A DNA stretch of 64,000 nucleotides, taken from the NCBI GenBank assembly GCA_934667065.1, contig CAKULD010000001.1, forward strand, positions 145,105-209,104. Reading direction: 5' to 3'. Both the position numbers and the translations under genes were made by a program. The stretch comes from an uncultured Collinsella sp. GTDB taxonomy: Bacteria > Actinomycetota > Coriobacteriia > Coriobacteriales > Coriobacteriaceae. Of the stretch, positions 45,470 through 55,968 are shown one piece after another; within the stretch, counting starts at the first letter, position 1, and each line of letters begins with the position of its first letter. The notes beneath the pieces are model-generated. The model worked only from the letters and a program-made list of their open reading frames with translations, ran no database searches and was not told the DNA's origin.

Positions 45470-45940
45470 ATGGGCTATAACACCTCAAACGCAGCACTCG
45501 CCTATGATATGAACGCCATGCCCGCCTATCGTGAGGCACCGCAGGCCCCCGTTGCTCCCCGCGAGCAGCGCACGCCGCGCTTTGATGTCTACACGGGCGC
45601 GGGCCGTCAGGCAAACCAGGCGGTAAGCCCGGTTTTCATGAGCGTTCTTAAAACGTTTTGCATCATTGCGGCCATCTTCATGACGATCGGTGTCGCCCGC
45701 GTGGCGCTCGCCGGCGTTACGGCCCAGGTGCTCAACAGCAACGCCGAGCTTACCAACACGCTCGAGAAGGCGACCGATGAGAGCTCCGACCTCGAGGTCA
45801 TGCACTCGGTCTATGGCGCCGACACGCGCATTCGCGACCTTGCGGGCGCTTATGGCATGGTGGAGCCCAGCGAGAGCGTTACACTTGATTTTTCGCAGGA
45901 TGCAGCCGCGGGCGCCAACGCAACCGCGACCGCTCAGTAA
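45470..45940 (+). CDS. FtsL-like cell division membrane protein
   Basis: 156 aa with a single TM (FCIIAAIFMTIGVARVALAGV) followed by a coiled-coil-like segment. It sits in the canonical position between rsmH and ftsI. Confidence 0.55.
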   Translation: MGYNTSNAALAYDMNAMPAYREAPQAPVAPREQRTPRFDVYTGAGRQANQAVSPVFMSVLKTFCIIAAIFMTIGVARVALAGVTAQVLNSNAELTNTLEKATDESSDLEVMHSVYGADTRIRDLAGAYGMVEPSESVTLDFSQDAAAGANATATAQ

Positions 45941-45957
45941 CAAGACGGTAGCTGAGT

Positions 45958-47823
45958 ATGACAAATGACTATCGCCGCGGTCCCGATGGGGGCCGTGGTT
46001 CTGGACGTCCCTCATCGCGGGGACGTTCTGGTTATCAAGGAACGGGTCGGCCATCTTACAACGCGGGGCCGTCCCGTGGCAACGACCCCGCATCGCGACT
46101 TCGCGGTTCGGGTGGTCCTCAAGTGCATAACACCAGGTCGCGCAAGAACTCGTCGACCGAATGGCTCACGGGCACGCCGCTGCCTCGCCGCAACGTCGTC
46201 ATGGGGTGCATTGGGCTCGGTTTGGCTGCGGGCGTCTATCGCCTTGCCGACTATCAGATCGTGAACGCCGGCAAGCTGCGTGAGCGCGCCGATGCGCGTC
46301 GCCTTCTCGCCCAGACGCTCTATGCCAAGCGCGGCACTATCTACGACCGTAACGGCAACGTGCTGACGTCTTCGGTCGAGTGCCGCAATATCGCCGTGAA
46401 CCCGCAGCTGGTCGAGGATGTCGACAAGACGGTGTCAGCGCTGGTCAAGGCGACGGGTATCGATAAAAAGACCTGTCGTAAACTCGTTGATTCCGATGGC
46501 ACCTGGGTGTATATCAAGCGCCAGGTGGACGAAGACGACGCCGCGGCGCTGGAGAAGAAAAACCTGCCCGGTGTGCTCTTTGAGCAAGCTATGAAGCGCG
46601 TGTACCCTTACGGCAATCTGGCCTCGCAGGTGCTGGGCGTGGTGAATGTGGACAACGATGGCCTGACGGGTCTGGAAAAGCAATACAACAAGCTCTTGAC
46701 CGGCACGAACGGTTCTCTTGTGCGCGAGCGCGCGAGAGATGGCAGCTATATCGCAGGCGGCGCCTATAAAAAGGTTGCCGCGGTCGACGGCGTTGATATC
46801 GTGACGACGCTTGACGTCAATATCCAGCGTGCGGCTGAGGATGCTCTGGCCGAGGCGGTCGAGAAAACGAAGGCCAAGAACGGCTCGGCCCTTGTGACCG
46901 ATCCTACAACGGGTGAGATCCTCGCCGCCTGCTCGTACCCGACGTATGACCAGACCGATCTGGAAAATGCCAAGACCGAGGATATGAACTTGCGTCTCGT
47001 CACCGATGCCTATGAGCCCGGCTCGGTCTTTAAGACGCTCGTGGCGGGCACCGGCTTTGATTTGGGCGTCGTGCGCTCGAGTACGTCGTTTGAGGTGCCG
47101 GCGAGCATCAAGGTGGGCGACGATACCGTCACCGATGCCGATAAGCGCGACTACGCCATGACCATGGATGTGCGCGAGATGATGCGCCGTTCGTCCAACG
47201 TGGGCTTTGTCCTGGTAGGGCGCAAGATCGGCGCCGACGACTTTGCCGCCTATGTGGACAAGTGGGGCATCGGACACAGCTCGGGCGTCGATTTTCCGGG
47301 AGAGAGTCTGGGTATCGTCAAGGAACGCGACCAGTATGATGGCGCCACACTGGGCTCGATGAGCTTTGGCCAGGCACTGTCCGTCTCGCCGATTGAGATT
47401 GCGCGTGCCGTGGGCGGTATCGCCAACGGCGGCGTGATGATGACCCCGCACTTCTATAAGTCCAGCAAGGGCGATGAGAAGGATTGGGGCGAGGGCGAGC
47501 GTGCGATTTCGCAGGATGCCGCCGCGCAAGTGACGTCGTGCATGCAGACGGTTGTCTCGGAGGGCACCGGCATGGGCGGTGCGGTGGATGGCTATGACGT
47601 GGCGGGTAAGACCGGTACGGCCGAGCGCGCCGACGAAAACGGCGGCTACCTTAAGGAGAACTACATGTCGTCCTTTATGGGCTTTGCGCCGGCTCAGTCG
47701 CCCAAGGTGCTGTGCTATATCACGCTCGACGGGACGCCGAGCGGCTCGGACGCTGCTGCGGTGCCGTTCCAGTCCATCATGGCCAACGCGCTCGATGTAC
47801 TGGGTATCCCGCGCGCAAAGTAG
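45958..47823 (+). CDS. ftsI: Penicillin-binding protein, FtsI-type D,D-transpeptidase
   Basis: It has SxxK (GSVFKT), SSN and KTG(T) motifs, and an Arg/Gly-rich disordered N-terminus followed by a TM segment. Confidence 0.9.
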   Translation: MTNDYRRGPDGGRGSGRPSSRGRSGYQGTGRPSYNAGPSRGNDPASRLRGSGGPQVHNTRSRKNSSTEWLTGTPLPRRNVVMGCIGLGLAAGVYRLADYQIVNAGKLRERADARRLLAQTLYAKRGTIYDRNGNVLTSSVECRNIAVNPQLVEDVDKTVSALVKATGIDKKTCRKLVDSDGTWVYIKRQVDEDDAAALEKKNLPGVLFEQAMKRVYPYGNLASQVLGVVNVDNDGLTGLEKQYNKLLTGTNGSLVRERARDGSYIAGGAYKKVAAVDGVDIVTTLDVNIQRAAEDALAEAVEKTKAKNGSALVTDPTTGEILAACSYPTYDQTDLENAKTEDMNLRLVTDAYEPGSVFKTLVAGTGFDLGVVRSSTSFEVPASIKVGDDTVTDADKRDYAMTMDVREMMRRSSNVGFVLVGRKIGADDFAAYVDKWGIGHSSGVDFPGESLGIVKERDQYDGATLGSMSFGQALSVSPIEIARAVGGIANGGVMMTPHFYKSSKGDEKDWGEGERAISQDAAAQVTSCMQTVVSEGTGMGGAVDGYDVAGKTGTAERADENGGYLKENYMSSFMGFAPAQSPKVLCYITLDGTPSGSDAAAVPFQSIMANALDVLGIPRAK

Positions 47824-47948
47824 GGGGTTACAATCTTGGGCGTGGTCCATTGTTCAATCTGAGGGGTGTTCACATGCCCTGCACCACGTATGCGTGGCAC
47901 TGGGATACAATACGCCGATAGCATTATTAGGTTTACAGGGGAGCAGCA

Positions 47949-49373
47949 ATGATAGAGATCGCCGTCAACAACCTCGTGGCCGCAACAGGGGCCCGAACCG
48001 TGACGGAAGGAGTCGATCGTGTTTGCCGCGGGTGCGTTATCGACTCGCGTCAGGTCGAGGAGGGGACGATCTTTGTCGCCTTTCCGGGCGAAAAAGTCGA
48101 TGGCAATGACTTTGCTTCCCGTGCTATCGAGGCGGGTGCCGGTGCGGTTGTGATGACGCGCGAGCCCGACCCCGAGTCGGTCTCGCTGGCGCAGGACAAG
48201 GGTTGCGCCATCTTGCTGACCGACGATCCCGAGGAGTTTCTGCTGCGTCTGGCGCATGCGTATCGCTTGGAGCTTGGCTGTCTGGTCGTTGGCATTACCG
48301 GCTCGATCGGCAAGACGACGACCAAGGACGTACTTGCCGCGGTGCTCGCCAAGCGCTATCGCGTCTGGGCGACCAAGGGCAATTACAACAACCTGATCGG
48401 CATGCCGCTCACGGTGCTGAGCGCTCCCGCCGATACCGAGATCCTGGTGCTCGAGATGGGCATGAACCATTTCCACGAGATTGAGCGCCTGTCCCAGTCT
48501 GCCAATCCCAACCTTGCCATCGTGAGCAAGATCGGCACGTCCCATATCGGTATTTTGGGCAGCCGCGAGAACATCGCCCGCGCCAAGTCCGAGATTGTCC
48601 AGGGCATGTGCGCTGCCGGCGACTTCTTGCCGCTGCTCGTTTTGGGCGGCGAGGACGACTTTACTCCCTTCATCCGTGACACGTTTGCCGCGCCTGCCGG
48701 CGTTGACGTGATGCTGGCCGGTGTTTCTGACGACGACGAGGTCCGCGCACGTGACATTCGCGTTGACGACGAGGGCCATCCGGTCTTTACGCTCGACTTT
48801 GGCCAGGGCGAGACGGTCGATACCATGCTTGCCATTCCCGGCGTGCAATCCGTGCCCAATGCCGTCAAAGCCGCTGCAGTCGCCTATCGCCTGGGCGTGA
48901 CGCCCGAGCAGATCGATGCTGCCTTTAGGGGCCTCACGATCACCGGCCACCGTCAGGAGATCAAGCACGCCAAGAGCGGAGCCCGCATCATCGACGACTC
49001 CTATAACGCCAGTGCCGAGTCTATGGCCGCCGGTCTCGATCTGCTGTGCTCGCTTATCTGCCAAGGCTCGCGCATGGCGATCCTGGGCGAGATGGGCGAG
49101 ATGGGCGACGAGGCCCCTCGCATGCATGAGCTCGTGGGCGCCTATGCCGCCGCCAAGAAGCTCGACATGCTGGTGTGTGTGGGCGGCGAGCTGGCTCAGC
49201 TTATGGCCGATGCCGCGCGCATGATGGGCATGGACGAGGACCGCATTCAGGTGTTTTCCAATTATCAGCAGGTGCTCGACCGCATGGGCGGCGCACTCGA
49301 AAATCATGATGTTGTACTGGTCAAGGGTTCCCGTTTTGTTGAGCTCGACCGCTTTGTGGAAGGTGTGTGCTAG
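47949..49373 (+). CDS. murF: UDP-N-acetylmuramoyl-tripeptide--D-alanyl-D-alanine ligase
   Basis: Mur ligase P-loop GITGSIGKTTTK, with C-terminal DDSYNAS. Confidence 0.92.
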   Translation: MIEIAVNNLVAATGARTVTEGVDRVCRGCVIDSRQVEEGTIFVAFPGEKVDGNDFASRAIEAGAGAVVMTREPDPESVSLAQDKGCAILLTDDPEEFLLRLAHAYRLELGCLVVGITGSIGKTTTKDVLAAVLAKRYRVWATKGNYNNLIGMPLTVLSAPADTEILVLEMGMNHFHEIERLSQSANPNLAIVSKIGTSHIGILGSRENIARAKSEIVQGMCAAGDFLPLLVLGGEDDFTPFIRDTFAAPAGVDVMLAGVSDDDEVRARDIRVDDEGHPVFTLDFGQGETVDTMLAIPGVQSVPNAVKAAAVAYRLGVTPEQIDAAFRGLTITGHRQEIKHAKSGARIIDDSYNASAESMAAGLDLLCSLICQGSRMAILGEMGEMGDEAPRMHELVGAYAAAKKLDMLVCVGGELAQLMADAARMMGMDEDRIQVFSNYQQVLDRMGGALENHDVVLVKGSRFVELDRFVEGVC

Positions 49374-49376
49374 CCC

Positions 49377-50396
49377 ATGTTCGGCAATCCCTCGTATCCT
49401 ACGTATCAGGCCTTTTTGGGGCTTGGCATCGCTGCCGCCATTGCGCTGCTGCTCATGCCGTGGTGGATCAAGCTGCTCAAGGTCGAGGGTATCGGCCAGC
49501 AGGTTCGTGCCGATGGCCCCAAGCGCCATCTGATTAAGCAGGGTACGCCCACTATGGGCGGCGTCGTCATCCTCGTCGCGATTTCGCTGACTTGCCTGCT
49601 GATGGGCAAGCTCACCACCGAGCTCGTGCTCGTGCTGCTCGCCACGCTGGCGACCGGCGTACTGGGCCTGATCGACGATCTGACCTCCGTCACGCATGGG
49701 CGCTCGCTCGGCCTGACGCCTCACGCCAAGATGATCGGCCTGACCATCATTTGCGTCACGTTTACGGTGCTTGCCGTCAACTGGTGTGGCGTCGCCCCCG
49801 AGATTCGTTTTCCCGGTGGCCTGACGATCGACCTCGGCGTTCTTTCGACTACCATCGGCGGGTTTACCTTCCCGTGGCTCTACATCGTCTTTTGCTGGCT
49901 GATGATCGCCGGTCTTTCCAATGCCGTGAACCTGACCGACGGCCTGGACGGCCTTGCCGGCGGCACCTCCATGATCGCCATGCTCGCCATGGCTGCCATG
50001 GCGTTTTTGCACGGCGATGTGAACCTGTCCATCTTCTGCACCGCGTGTGCCGGTGCCTGCTTGGGCTTTTTGTGGTTCAACTGCTATCCGGCGAGCATCT
50101 TTATGGGCGATACCGGTTCGCTTGCCCTGGGCGCCGCGTTTGCCTGCACGTCCATCATGACCAACACCGAGGTCGTCTCTCTCATCATCGGCGGCCTGTT
50201 TATCATGGAGACCCTGTCGGTCATGATTCAGGTCGTGTACTTCCACTTTACGCACAAGCGCGTCTTCCTTATGGCGCCCATCCATCATCATTTCGAAAAG
50301 AAGGGCTGGGCCGAGACCAAGGTCGTTATTCGTTTTTGGATTATCGCTGCGGCATTTGGCGCCGTTGGCCTTGCTCTGTTCTTCCAGTTGGGATAG
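49377..50396 (+). CDS. mraY: Phospho-N-acetylmuramoyl-pentapeptide transferase
   Basis: Polytopic, with the motifs GTPTMGG, NAVNLTDGLDGLA and HHHFE. Confidence 0.95.
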   Translation: MFGNPSYPTYQAFLGLGIAAAIALLLMPWWIKLLKVEGIGQQVRADGPKRHLIKQGTPTMGGVVILVAISLTCLLMGKLTTELVLVLLATLATGVLGLIDDLTSVTHGRSLGLTPHAKMIGLTIICVTFTVLAVNWCGVAPEIRFPGGLTIDLGVLSTTIGGFTFPWLYIVFCWLMIAGLSNAVNLTDGLDGLAGGTSMIAMLAMAAMAFLHGDVNLSIFCTACAGACLGFLWFNCYPASIFMGDTGSLALGAAFACTSIMTNTEVVSLIIGGLFIMETLSVMIQVVYFHFTHKRVFLMAPIHHHFEKKGWAETKVVIRFWIIAAAFGAVGLALFFQLG

Positions 50397-50405
50397 TGGT
50401 CATTT

Positions 50406-51812
50406 ATGCCTCTTGCAGATTCCTTTAGCCTGCTCGTTTTGGGCCAGGGCAAGTCCGGCCTCGATGTTGCCCGCTGGGCGCTGGCACATCCCGAGCGTGT
50501 GAGCGCCGTTACCGTCTATGGCGGCGGTACCTCCGAGCCCAATGACGCCACGCGTGCGCTTGAGGCTGCCGGCGCATCGTTTGTCTATGGTACCGAGCAG
50601 GTTGAGGGCGCTTACGACGTGTGCGTGACGTGCCCGGGCATCTCGGAGTTCTCGGCCTTCTTCAAGGCCGGGCGCGAGCACGCCGCTCAAATTATGGGTG
50701 AGCCTGAGTTTGCCTATCGCCTGTCTCCCCATAATTGGATTGCCATCACGGGCACCAATGGCAAGACGACCACCACGTCTTTGACCGATTATCTGCTCAA
50801 GGCAGCCGGAGAGGCCAGCGTGGCCGTCGGTAACATCGGCGAGCCGCCGGTCAATGAGGTCGATGGACGCGCGCATAATGAGTGGTTTGTGGCGGAGCTT
50901 TCGAGCTACCAGATTGCTACGAGCTCCGAGCTCCATCCTCGCGTGGCGGTGCTGCTCAACATCACGCCCGATCACTTGGGCTGGCACAAGAGCCATAAGA
51001 ACTATGCGCTTGCCAAGATCAAGCTGTTTGACAATATGTCCGACGATGACCTCGTGGTTGTCGATATCGAGGATGCCGGCATCCATGAGTTCGATGAGTA
51101 TATCTACACGCCGGGTCGCCGCATCTGCAAGGTCGCCTTTGATGAGCCTGAGGGTGAGGACGCTGCCTTTGTGCGCGACGGCAAGATGATCGTGCGCCTG
51201 AAGGGTGTCGAGACCCCGCTCATCGCTACATCCGAGCTCAAGATCTCGGGTCATCACAATGTCATCAATGCCCTGTGCGCCGCTACGGCGGCCCTGGCCG
51301 TCGGAGCCGATGCCGACGGAATCTGTCGTGGCCTGACCACGTTTCAGCCGCTTGAGCATCGCGTGGAGCCCTGCGGCGAGATCGATGGCGTGCGCTATGT
51401 CAACGACTCCAAGGCGACGAACACCGACGCCGTCGAGAAGGCCCTGACGGCGTTTCCCGACGATGACGTGATTTTGCTGCTCGGTGGCCATGACAAGGGA
51501 ACGCCGCTCGCTGACTTTGCCCGCGTCGTTATGGATAACGTGCGCTCGGTCGTCTGCTTTGGCGATGCGCGCGAGCGTTTTACCGCCGCTATGGACGAGG
51601 CAGATGTCGATGGCGACGTGGATATCGCCCAGGCCGATGACCTGCGCGACGCCGTGGACGTTGCCCGCTCGCTTTCGAGCCGTGGCGACGTGGTTCTGCT
51701 TTCGCCCGCTTGCTCTTCGTTTGACGAGTTCTCGGGCTACGAGGAGCGCGGCCGCGTGTTCAAGGGCTATGTGGCCCAGCTTGCCGCCGCGGCGAAATCG
51801 CAAACGGAATAG
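50406..51812 (+). CDS. murD: UDP-N-acetylmuramoylalanine--D-glutamate ligase
   Basis: It has ITGTNGKTTTT and NDSKATN. Confidence 0.92.
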   Translation: MPLADSFSLLVLGQGKSGLDVARWALAHPERVSAVTVYGGGTSEPNDATRALEAAGASFVYGTEQVEGAYDVCVTCPGISEFSAFFKAGREHAAQIMGEPEFAYRLSPHNWIAITGTNGKTTTTSLTDYLLKAAGEASVAVGNIGEPPVNEVDGRAHNEWFVAELSSYQIATSSELHPRVAVLLNITPDHLGWHKSHKNYALAKIKLFDNMSDDDLVVVDIEDAGIHEFDEYIYTPGRRICKVAFDEPEGEDAAFVRDGKMIVRLKGVETPLIATSELKISGHHNVINALCAATAALAVGADADGICRGLTTFQPLEHRVEPCGEIDGVRYVNDSKATNTDAVEKALTAFPDDDVILLLGGHDKGTPLADFARVVMDNVRSVVCFGDARERFTAAMDEADVDGDVDIAQADDLRDAVDVARSLSSRGDVVLLSPACSSFDEFSGYEERGRVFKGYVAQLAAAAKSQTE

Positions 51813-51815
51813 GGG

Positions 51816-53342
51816 TTGCCGGTGAGAGAGGAGAGCCCCCGACAAAGCATGAGGAGGCCCGACTCGGACCGTGCTTCCTCACGGCGCAGCACGCCGCGTT
51901 CTGGCCGCGGTGGGCAAACGTTCAGCGAACGCTATATTGCCGGCGTTCCCGCTCGCATCATGCGCCCCCGATTGGTATTTTTGGCCTGCTTGTTTTCGCT
52001 GGTGTGCTTTGGCTTGTTGATGGTGTACTCGGCATCTTCGGTCGAGGCGCTGCACGAGAACGGTTCGGCGACGTTCTTCCTGTTTCGACAAGCCGCGTTT
52101 GCCGGGGTTGGCGTGCTGGCCATGGTTGCCATAGCCCGCTATTTGCCGGACAGCTGGTTTGGGGAGGATGTGCTCAGGATCTTCCTGTTCGTCATGATGT
52201 TCTTGCTGCTGTTGGTGTTCTTAGTGGGCAGCGGCAGTCGTGGCGCCACGCGCTGGCTCAACATCGCCGGCATTCAGTTCCAGCCCTCCGAGTTTTTGAA
52301 GCCATTTGCCATTGCGTACTCGGCCATTATGCTCGATCGCTTCTTTTCGCCCGGTGGCAACATCAACGAGTTCCTTAGCAAGATGGGCATCTGTTTGGGC
52401 CCTTCGATTCTTCTGATTTTTATCCAGCCCGACTTCGGCACCATCCTGATCATCTTGCTGACGCTGGTGTGCATGGCGCTGTTTGCGGGATTGGACCCCA
52501 AATATATCGTTTGGACGATCGCCGGTGGCATCGTTGTTATTGCAATCGCCCTTATCGCCGAGCCGTATCGTATGACGCGTGTCGAGGTCGCTTGGAATCC
52601 CTGGGCCGATGAGTACGGAGATGGCTACCAAGCCACGCTCGCCATTATGGCGTTTGCATCGGGTGGCCTGTTCGGCCGTGGTATCGGTAACTCCACCATG
52701 AAGTACTCGTATTTGCCCGAGGCGCATAACGACTACATCCTTGCCATCATTGGCGAGGAAGTCGGCTTTGTCGGGACCGTTCTGTTCTTCTTGGTATTTG
52801 CGATGCTGATTTACTCGGCATTTCGCATTGCTGAGCAGGCGACCGACCGTCGCGGGGCACTCATGGCATCGGGTTCCGCGGTCATTCTCGCAGTGCAGTT
52901 TTTGATTAACGCGCTGGGCATCCTCAACGTGTTTCCCATGACGGGAAAGCCGCTGCCGTTTATCAGCTACGGTGGCTCGTCGATTATCGTGTCGCTTATG
53001 CTTGCCGGGTTGATCCTGCGCGTTTCGTACGAGAGCGCCCGCCGTGATGAGTACGACCGTCGTCGCGAGAGCTTTGCCGTTATGGACGAGAGCACTGCCG
53101 GCGTGCCCCATGTGCGCGGTGAGCGATCTACGCGCAATGGCTTTACCGTTTTGGATGGCTCTGCGTCCGAGCCGGCTGCTCGTCCGCGTGCGCGAACGGC
53201 GCCGCAGGGTCGCCCGCAGCGCCCCACGCCTCGCAACGCGGGCGGCGGATATAATCGAATCGATTTGAATTCGGACCCGTCGGCGCGCCTGCGCACCGAC
53301 GACCAGGGGCCGCGCGTACGAAGGGACTACCATGACCGATAA
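51816..53342 (+). CDS. ftsW: SEDS-family peptidoglycan polymerase FtsW with basic disordered termini
   Basis: About 10 TM segments, with the motifs QPSEFLKP, PEAHNDYI and PFISYGGSS. The start is uncertain (TTG 51816, GTG 51822 or ATG 51849). Confidence 0.9.
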   Translation: MPVREESPRQSMRRPDSDRASSRRSTPRSGRGGQTFSERYIAGVPARIMRPRLVFLACLFSLVCFGLLMVYSASSVEALHENGSATFFLFRQAAFAGVGVLAMVAIARYLPDSWFGEDVLRIFLFVMMFLLLLVFLVGSGSRGATRWLNIAGIQFQPSEFLKPFAIAYSAIMLDRFFSPGGNINEFLSKMGICLGPSILLIFIQPDFGTILIILLTLVCMALFAGLDPKYIVWTIAGGIVVIAIALIAEPYRMTRVEVAWNPWADEYGDGYQATLAIMAFASGGLFGRGIGNSTMKYSYLPEAHNDYILAIIGEEVGFVGTVLFFLVFAMLIYSAFRIAEQATDRRGALMASGSAVILAVQFLINALGILNVFPMTGKPLPFISYGGSSIIVSLMLAGLILRVSYESARRDEYDRRRESFAVMDESTAGVPHVRGERSTRNGFTVLDGSASEPAARPRARTAPQGRPQRPTPRNAGGGYNRIDLNSDPSARLRTDDQGPRVRRDYHDR

Positions 53343-54447
53343 GATGACCGTTGCTATCGCAGCCGGCGGCACGGCAGGACATATCAACCCCGCGCTCGCC
53401 TTGGCCGAAGAGCTGCGTGACCGCGGGCATCACGTCGTGTTTGTGGGCCAGTCGCACAAGCTCGAGGGCCGTCTGGTCCCCGAGGCCGGGTTTGATTTTG
53501 TGCCCATTACGGTCACGGGCTTCGACCGCTCCCGTCCTTGGACGGCGCTGACCTCGCTGTGGCGTGTCAACAAGGCCAAACGTGCGCTCGCCAATCATTT
53601 CTCAAAGGTCGGTAAGCCCGATGCCGCCATTGGTTTCGGTGCCTATGTCGAGGTGCCGCTGTTGGGCTGGTGCAAGGGTGCGGGCGTTCCGTATTTGCTG
53701 CACGAGCAAAACTCCGTTCCGGGCCTGGCTAACAAGATGATGAACTCGCATGCCGCCCGCGTGTGCATCTCGGTGCCGGCCGCGCGCTCGGTCTTTGAGC
53801 GTGAAGATGACCCCGAGCATGTGCTTATGACCGGTAATCCGGTGCGTCGCTCGGTGATTGAGGGAGATCGTTCCCGCGGCCGCAAGGCGCTCGGCGTGCC
53901 CGAGGACGCGACGCTGCTGCTGGTCTTTGGTGGCTCGCTCGGTGCCCAGCATCTCAACGAGCGCGTGGCCTCGCTCAAGGGCGAGCTGCTGGGCCGCGAG
54001 AACCTCTACGTCTTACATTCGACGGGAGCCGACGGCTTTGAGGAGACCGAGCGTGCCCTGGCGCTGACGCCCGAGGAGGCGAAGCGCTATCGCGTGCAGC
54101 CCTACATCGACAACATGGGCGACATGCTGGCTGCGGCCGATCTGGTGCTCTCGCGCTCCGGCGCCTCGAGCGTGGCCGAGATCGCCGCTCTTGCCGTGCC
54201 CTCGGTGCTGGTGCCCTATCCGCATGCCACGGCCGACCACCAGACCACGAATGCCCGCTATCTGGTCGATGCCGGTGCGGGCGTGCTTTGCGCCGATGCC
54301 GATATCGATGCCCCCGCTTTTGCCGAGGAGCTGTTGCACCTTGTCGATGACGCTGCGGCGCGCGATGCCATGCGCCAGGCGGCGCGCGGCTTGGCGCAGG
54401 ATCGCGCCGCCGCACTTTTGGCCGACGCGGTAGAGGGTTTGCGTTAG
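53332..54447 (+). CDS. murG: UDP-N-acetylglucosamine--N-acetylmuramyl-(pentapeptide) pyrophosphoryl-undecaprenol GlcNAc transferase
   Basis: It has AAGGTAGHINPALA and HQ..NA. It overlaps the end of ftsW by 11 nt. Confidence 0.93.
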   Translation: MTDKMTVAIAAGGTAGHINPALALAEELRDRGHHVVFVGQSHKLEGRLVPEAGFDFVPITVTGFDRSRPWTALTSLWRVNKAKRALANHFSKVGKPDAAIGFGAYVEVPLLGWCKGAGVPYLLHEQNSVPGLANKMMNSHAARVCISVPAARSVFEREDDPEHVLMTGNPVRRSVIEGDRSRGRKALGVPEDATLLLVFGGSLGAQHLNERVASLKGELLGRENLYVLHSTGADGFEETERALALTPEEAKRYRVQPYIDNMGDMLAAADLVLSRSGASSVAEIAALAVPSVLVPYPHATADHQTTNARYLVDAGAGVLCADADIDAPAFAEELLHLVDDAAARDAMRQAARGLAQDRAAALLADAVEGLR

Positions 54448-54544
54448 TTAGACGGGATATCGCCGGTCGCCCTCGCGCTGATGAGGTAGGTGCGGTACAG
54501 TTAACGGGTTACAGGCAGTGTTTACGCAAGGAGTACACGAGCAC

Positions 54545-55963
54545 ATGGCTGATTCCCAGACTGCAACCTCCGCGCCCGAGTTTAAGAGCGCCCACTTCAT
54601 CGGTATCGGTGGCGCCGGCATGAGCGGCATCGCCCTCGTTTTGCACGAGCGCGGCTATGCCGTTACCGGTTCCGACCTTAAGACTTCGCGCTACATTCGT
54701 CAGCTTACGCGCGCCGGCGTGAAGGTTCACGTTGGTCACGAGTCTGCGACGATCGACGAGGTCAAGCCCGACGTGGTCGTGGTCTCCACCGCTATTCCCG
54801 AGTCTAACCCCGAGCTTGTTCGCGCCCGCGAGCTGGGTATTCCCGTGTGGCCTCGCGCCAAAATGCTCTCGGCCCTGGGCCACGACTATACCACCGTCGC
54901 CGTCGCCGGCACGCACGGCAAGACCACGACGTCTTCGATGTGCGCCACTATGCTCGATCGCATGGGCCTGGATCCCAGCTTCTTGATCGGCGGCATCGTT
55001 GAGGGCTATGACACCAACGGCAAAAACGGCTCGGGCGATTACTTTGTCGCCGAGGCCGACGAGTCCGACAGCTCTTTCCTGTTCCTGAACCCCAACGTGG
55101 TCATCGTGACCAATGTCGAGGCCGACCATCTCGATCACTACTCGGGCATCGAGGAGATCGAAGCCACCTTTGCCAAATTCATGAGCCTGGTGGGCGAGGA
55201 CGGTACCGTCATCGTCTGCGGCGAGGATCCGCATCTGGTCGAGCTCGCCAAGTCGACGGGCCGCCGCGTGCTTTCCTATGGCTTTGCCGAGAGCAACGAC
55301 ATCGTCTGCGTGCATCCGGATGTCAAGGGCATCCAGAGCGACTTTGTCGTTCGCTTTGAGGACGGCACCGAGCACGCTGTGGAGATCAAGAGCAACCCCG
55401 GTCGCCACAACATGCTCAACGCCACGGCAGTTTTGACCGTCGCTCACGTCCTGGGTCTCGACATCGATGCTGCCGCCAAGGCGCTGTCGAGCTTTGAGGG
55501 CGTTCGCCGTCGCTTTACCCATGTGGGTGATATCGACGGCATCACCGTGGTCGACGACTACGGCCATCATCCCACCGAGATCAAGGCGACGCTTGCCGCC
55601 GCCTCGTCGCTGGGTTACAAGCACGTCGACGTCGTGTTCCAGCCGCACCGCTATTCGCGCCTGCAGGCTCTGTGCGACGATTTCGCCGACGCCTTTGCCA
55701 ATGCCGACAAACTGCTGCTGATCGACGTTTTCTCTGCCGGCGAGATGCCCATCCCCGGCGTTACCTCCAAGATGCTCGCCGATACCGTTCGTGCCAAGCA
55801 TCCCGGCAAGGAAGTCGTGTACTGCTCCAGCCGTCTCGAGCTCAACCAGGAGCTCGAGCAGATGGTGGGCGAGGGCGACCTGCTGCTTACCATGGGCGCC
55901 GGTGATGTCACGACGGTCGGTCCCGAGTTCATCGATTATCTGACTGCCAAGAAAGACGCTTAA
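54545..55963 (+). CDS. murC: UDP-N-acetylmuramate--L-alanine ligase
   Basis: It has HFIGIGGAGMSGIA, GTHGKTTT and DDYGHHPTEI. The ATG at 54545 is preferred; the ORF opens at a GTG at 54518. Confidence 0.93.
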   Translation: MADSQTATSAPEFKSAHFIGIGGAGMSGIALVLHERGYAVTGSDLKTSRYIRQLTRAGVKVHVGHESATIDEVKPDVVVVSTAIPESNPELVRARELGIPVWPRAKMLSALGHDYTTVAVAGTHGKTTTSSMCATMLDRMGLDPSFLIGGIVEGYDTNGKNGSGDYFVAEADESDSSFLFLNPNVVIVTNVEADHLDHYSGIEEIEATFAKFMSLVGEDGTVIVCGEDPHLVELAKSTGRRVLSYGFAESNDIVCVHPDVKGIQSDFVVRFEDGTEHAVEIKSNPGRHNMLNATAVLTVAHVLGLDIDAAAKALSSFEGVRRRFTHVGDIDGITVVDDYGHHPTEIKATLAAASSLGYKHVDVVFQPHRYSRLQALCDDFADAFANADKLLLIDVFSAGEMPIPGVTSKMLADTVRAKHPGKEVVYCSSRLELNQELEQMVGEGDLLLTMGAGDVTTVGPEFIDYLTAKKDA

Positions 55964-55968
55964 GCTCC

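Noticed and set aside
47715-50291. 858-aa ORF on the minus strand, antisense to murF/mraY. Similar long antisense ORFs occur at 1979-3766 (+), 6497-7747 (-), 21600-22871 (-), 22771-23745 (-), 30811-32208 (-), 35357-36400 (-), 38633-40192 (-), 40822-42501 (-), 46435-47850 (-) and 58071-59492 (-).
   Set aside because: They are shadow ORFs typical of high-G+C DNA. Each lies antisense to a gene with unmistakable conserved motifs. Their translations are low-complexity (rich in G, A, R, D, H, V and L) with no recognisable domains or SD sequences.
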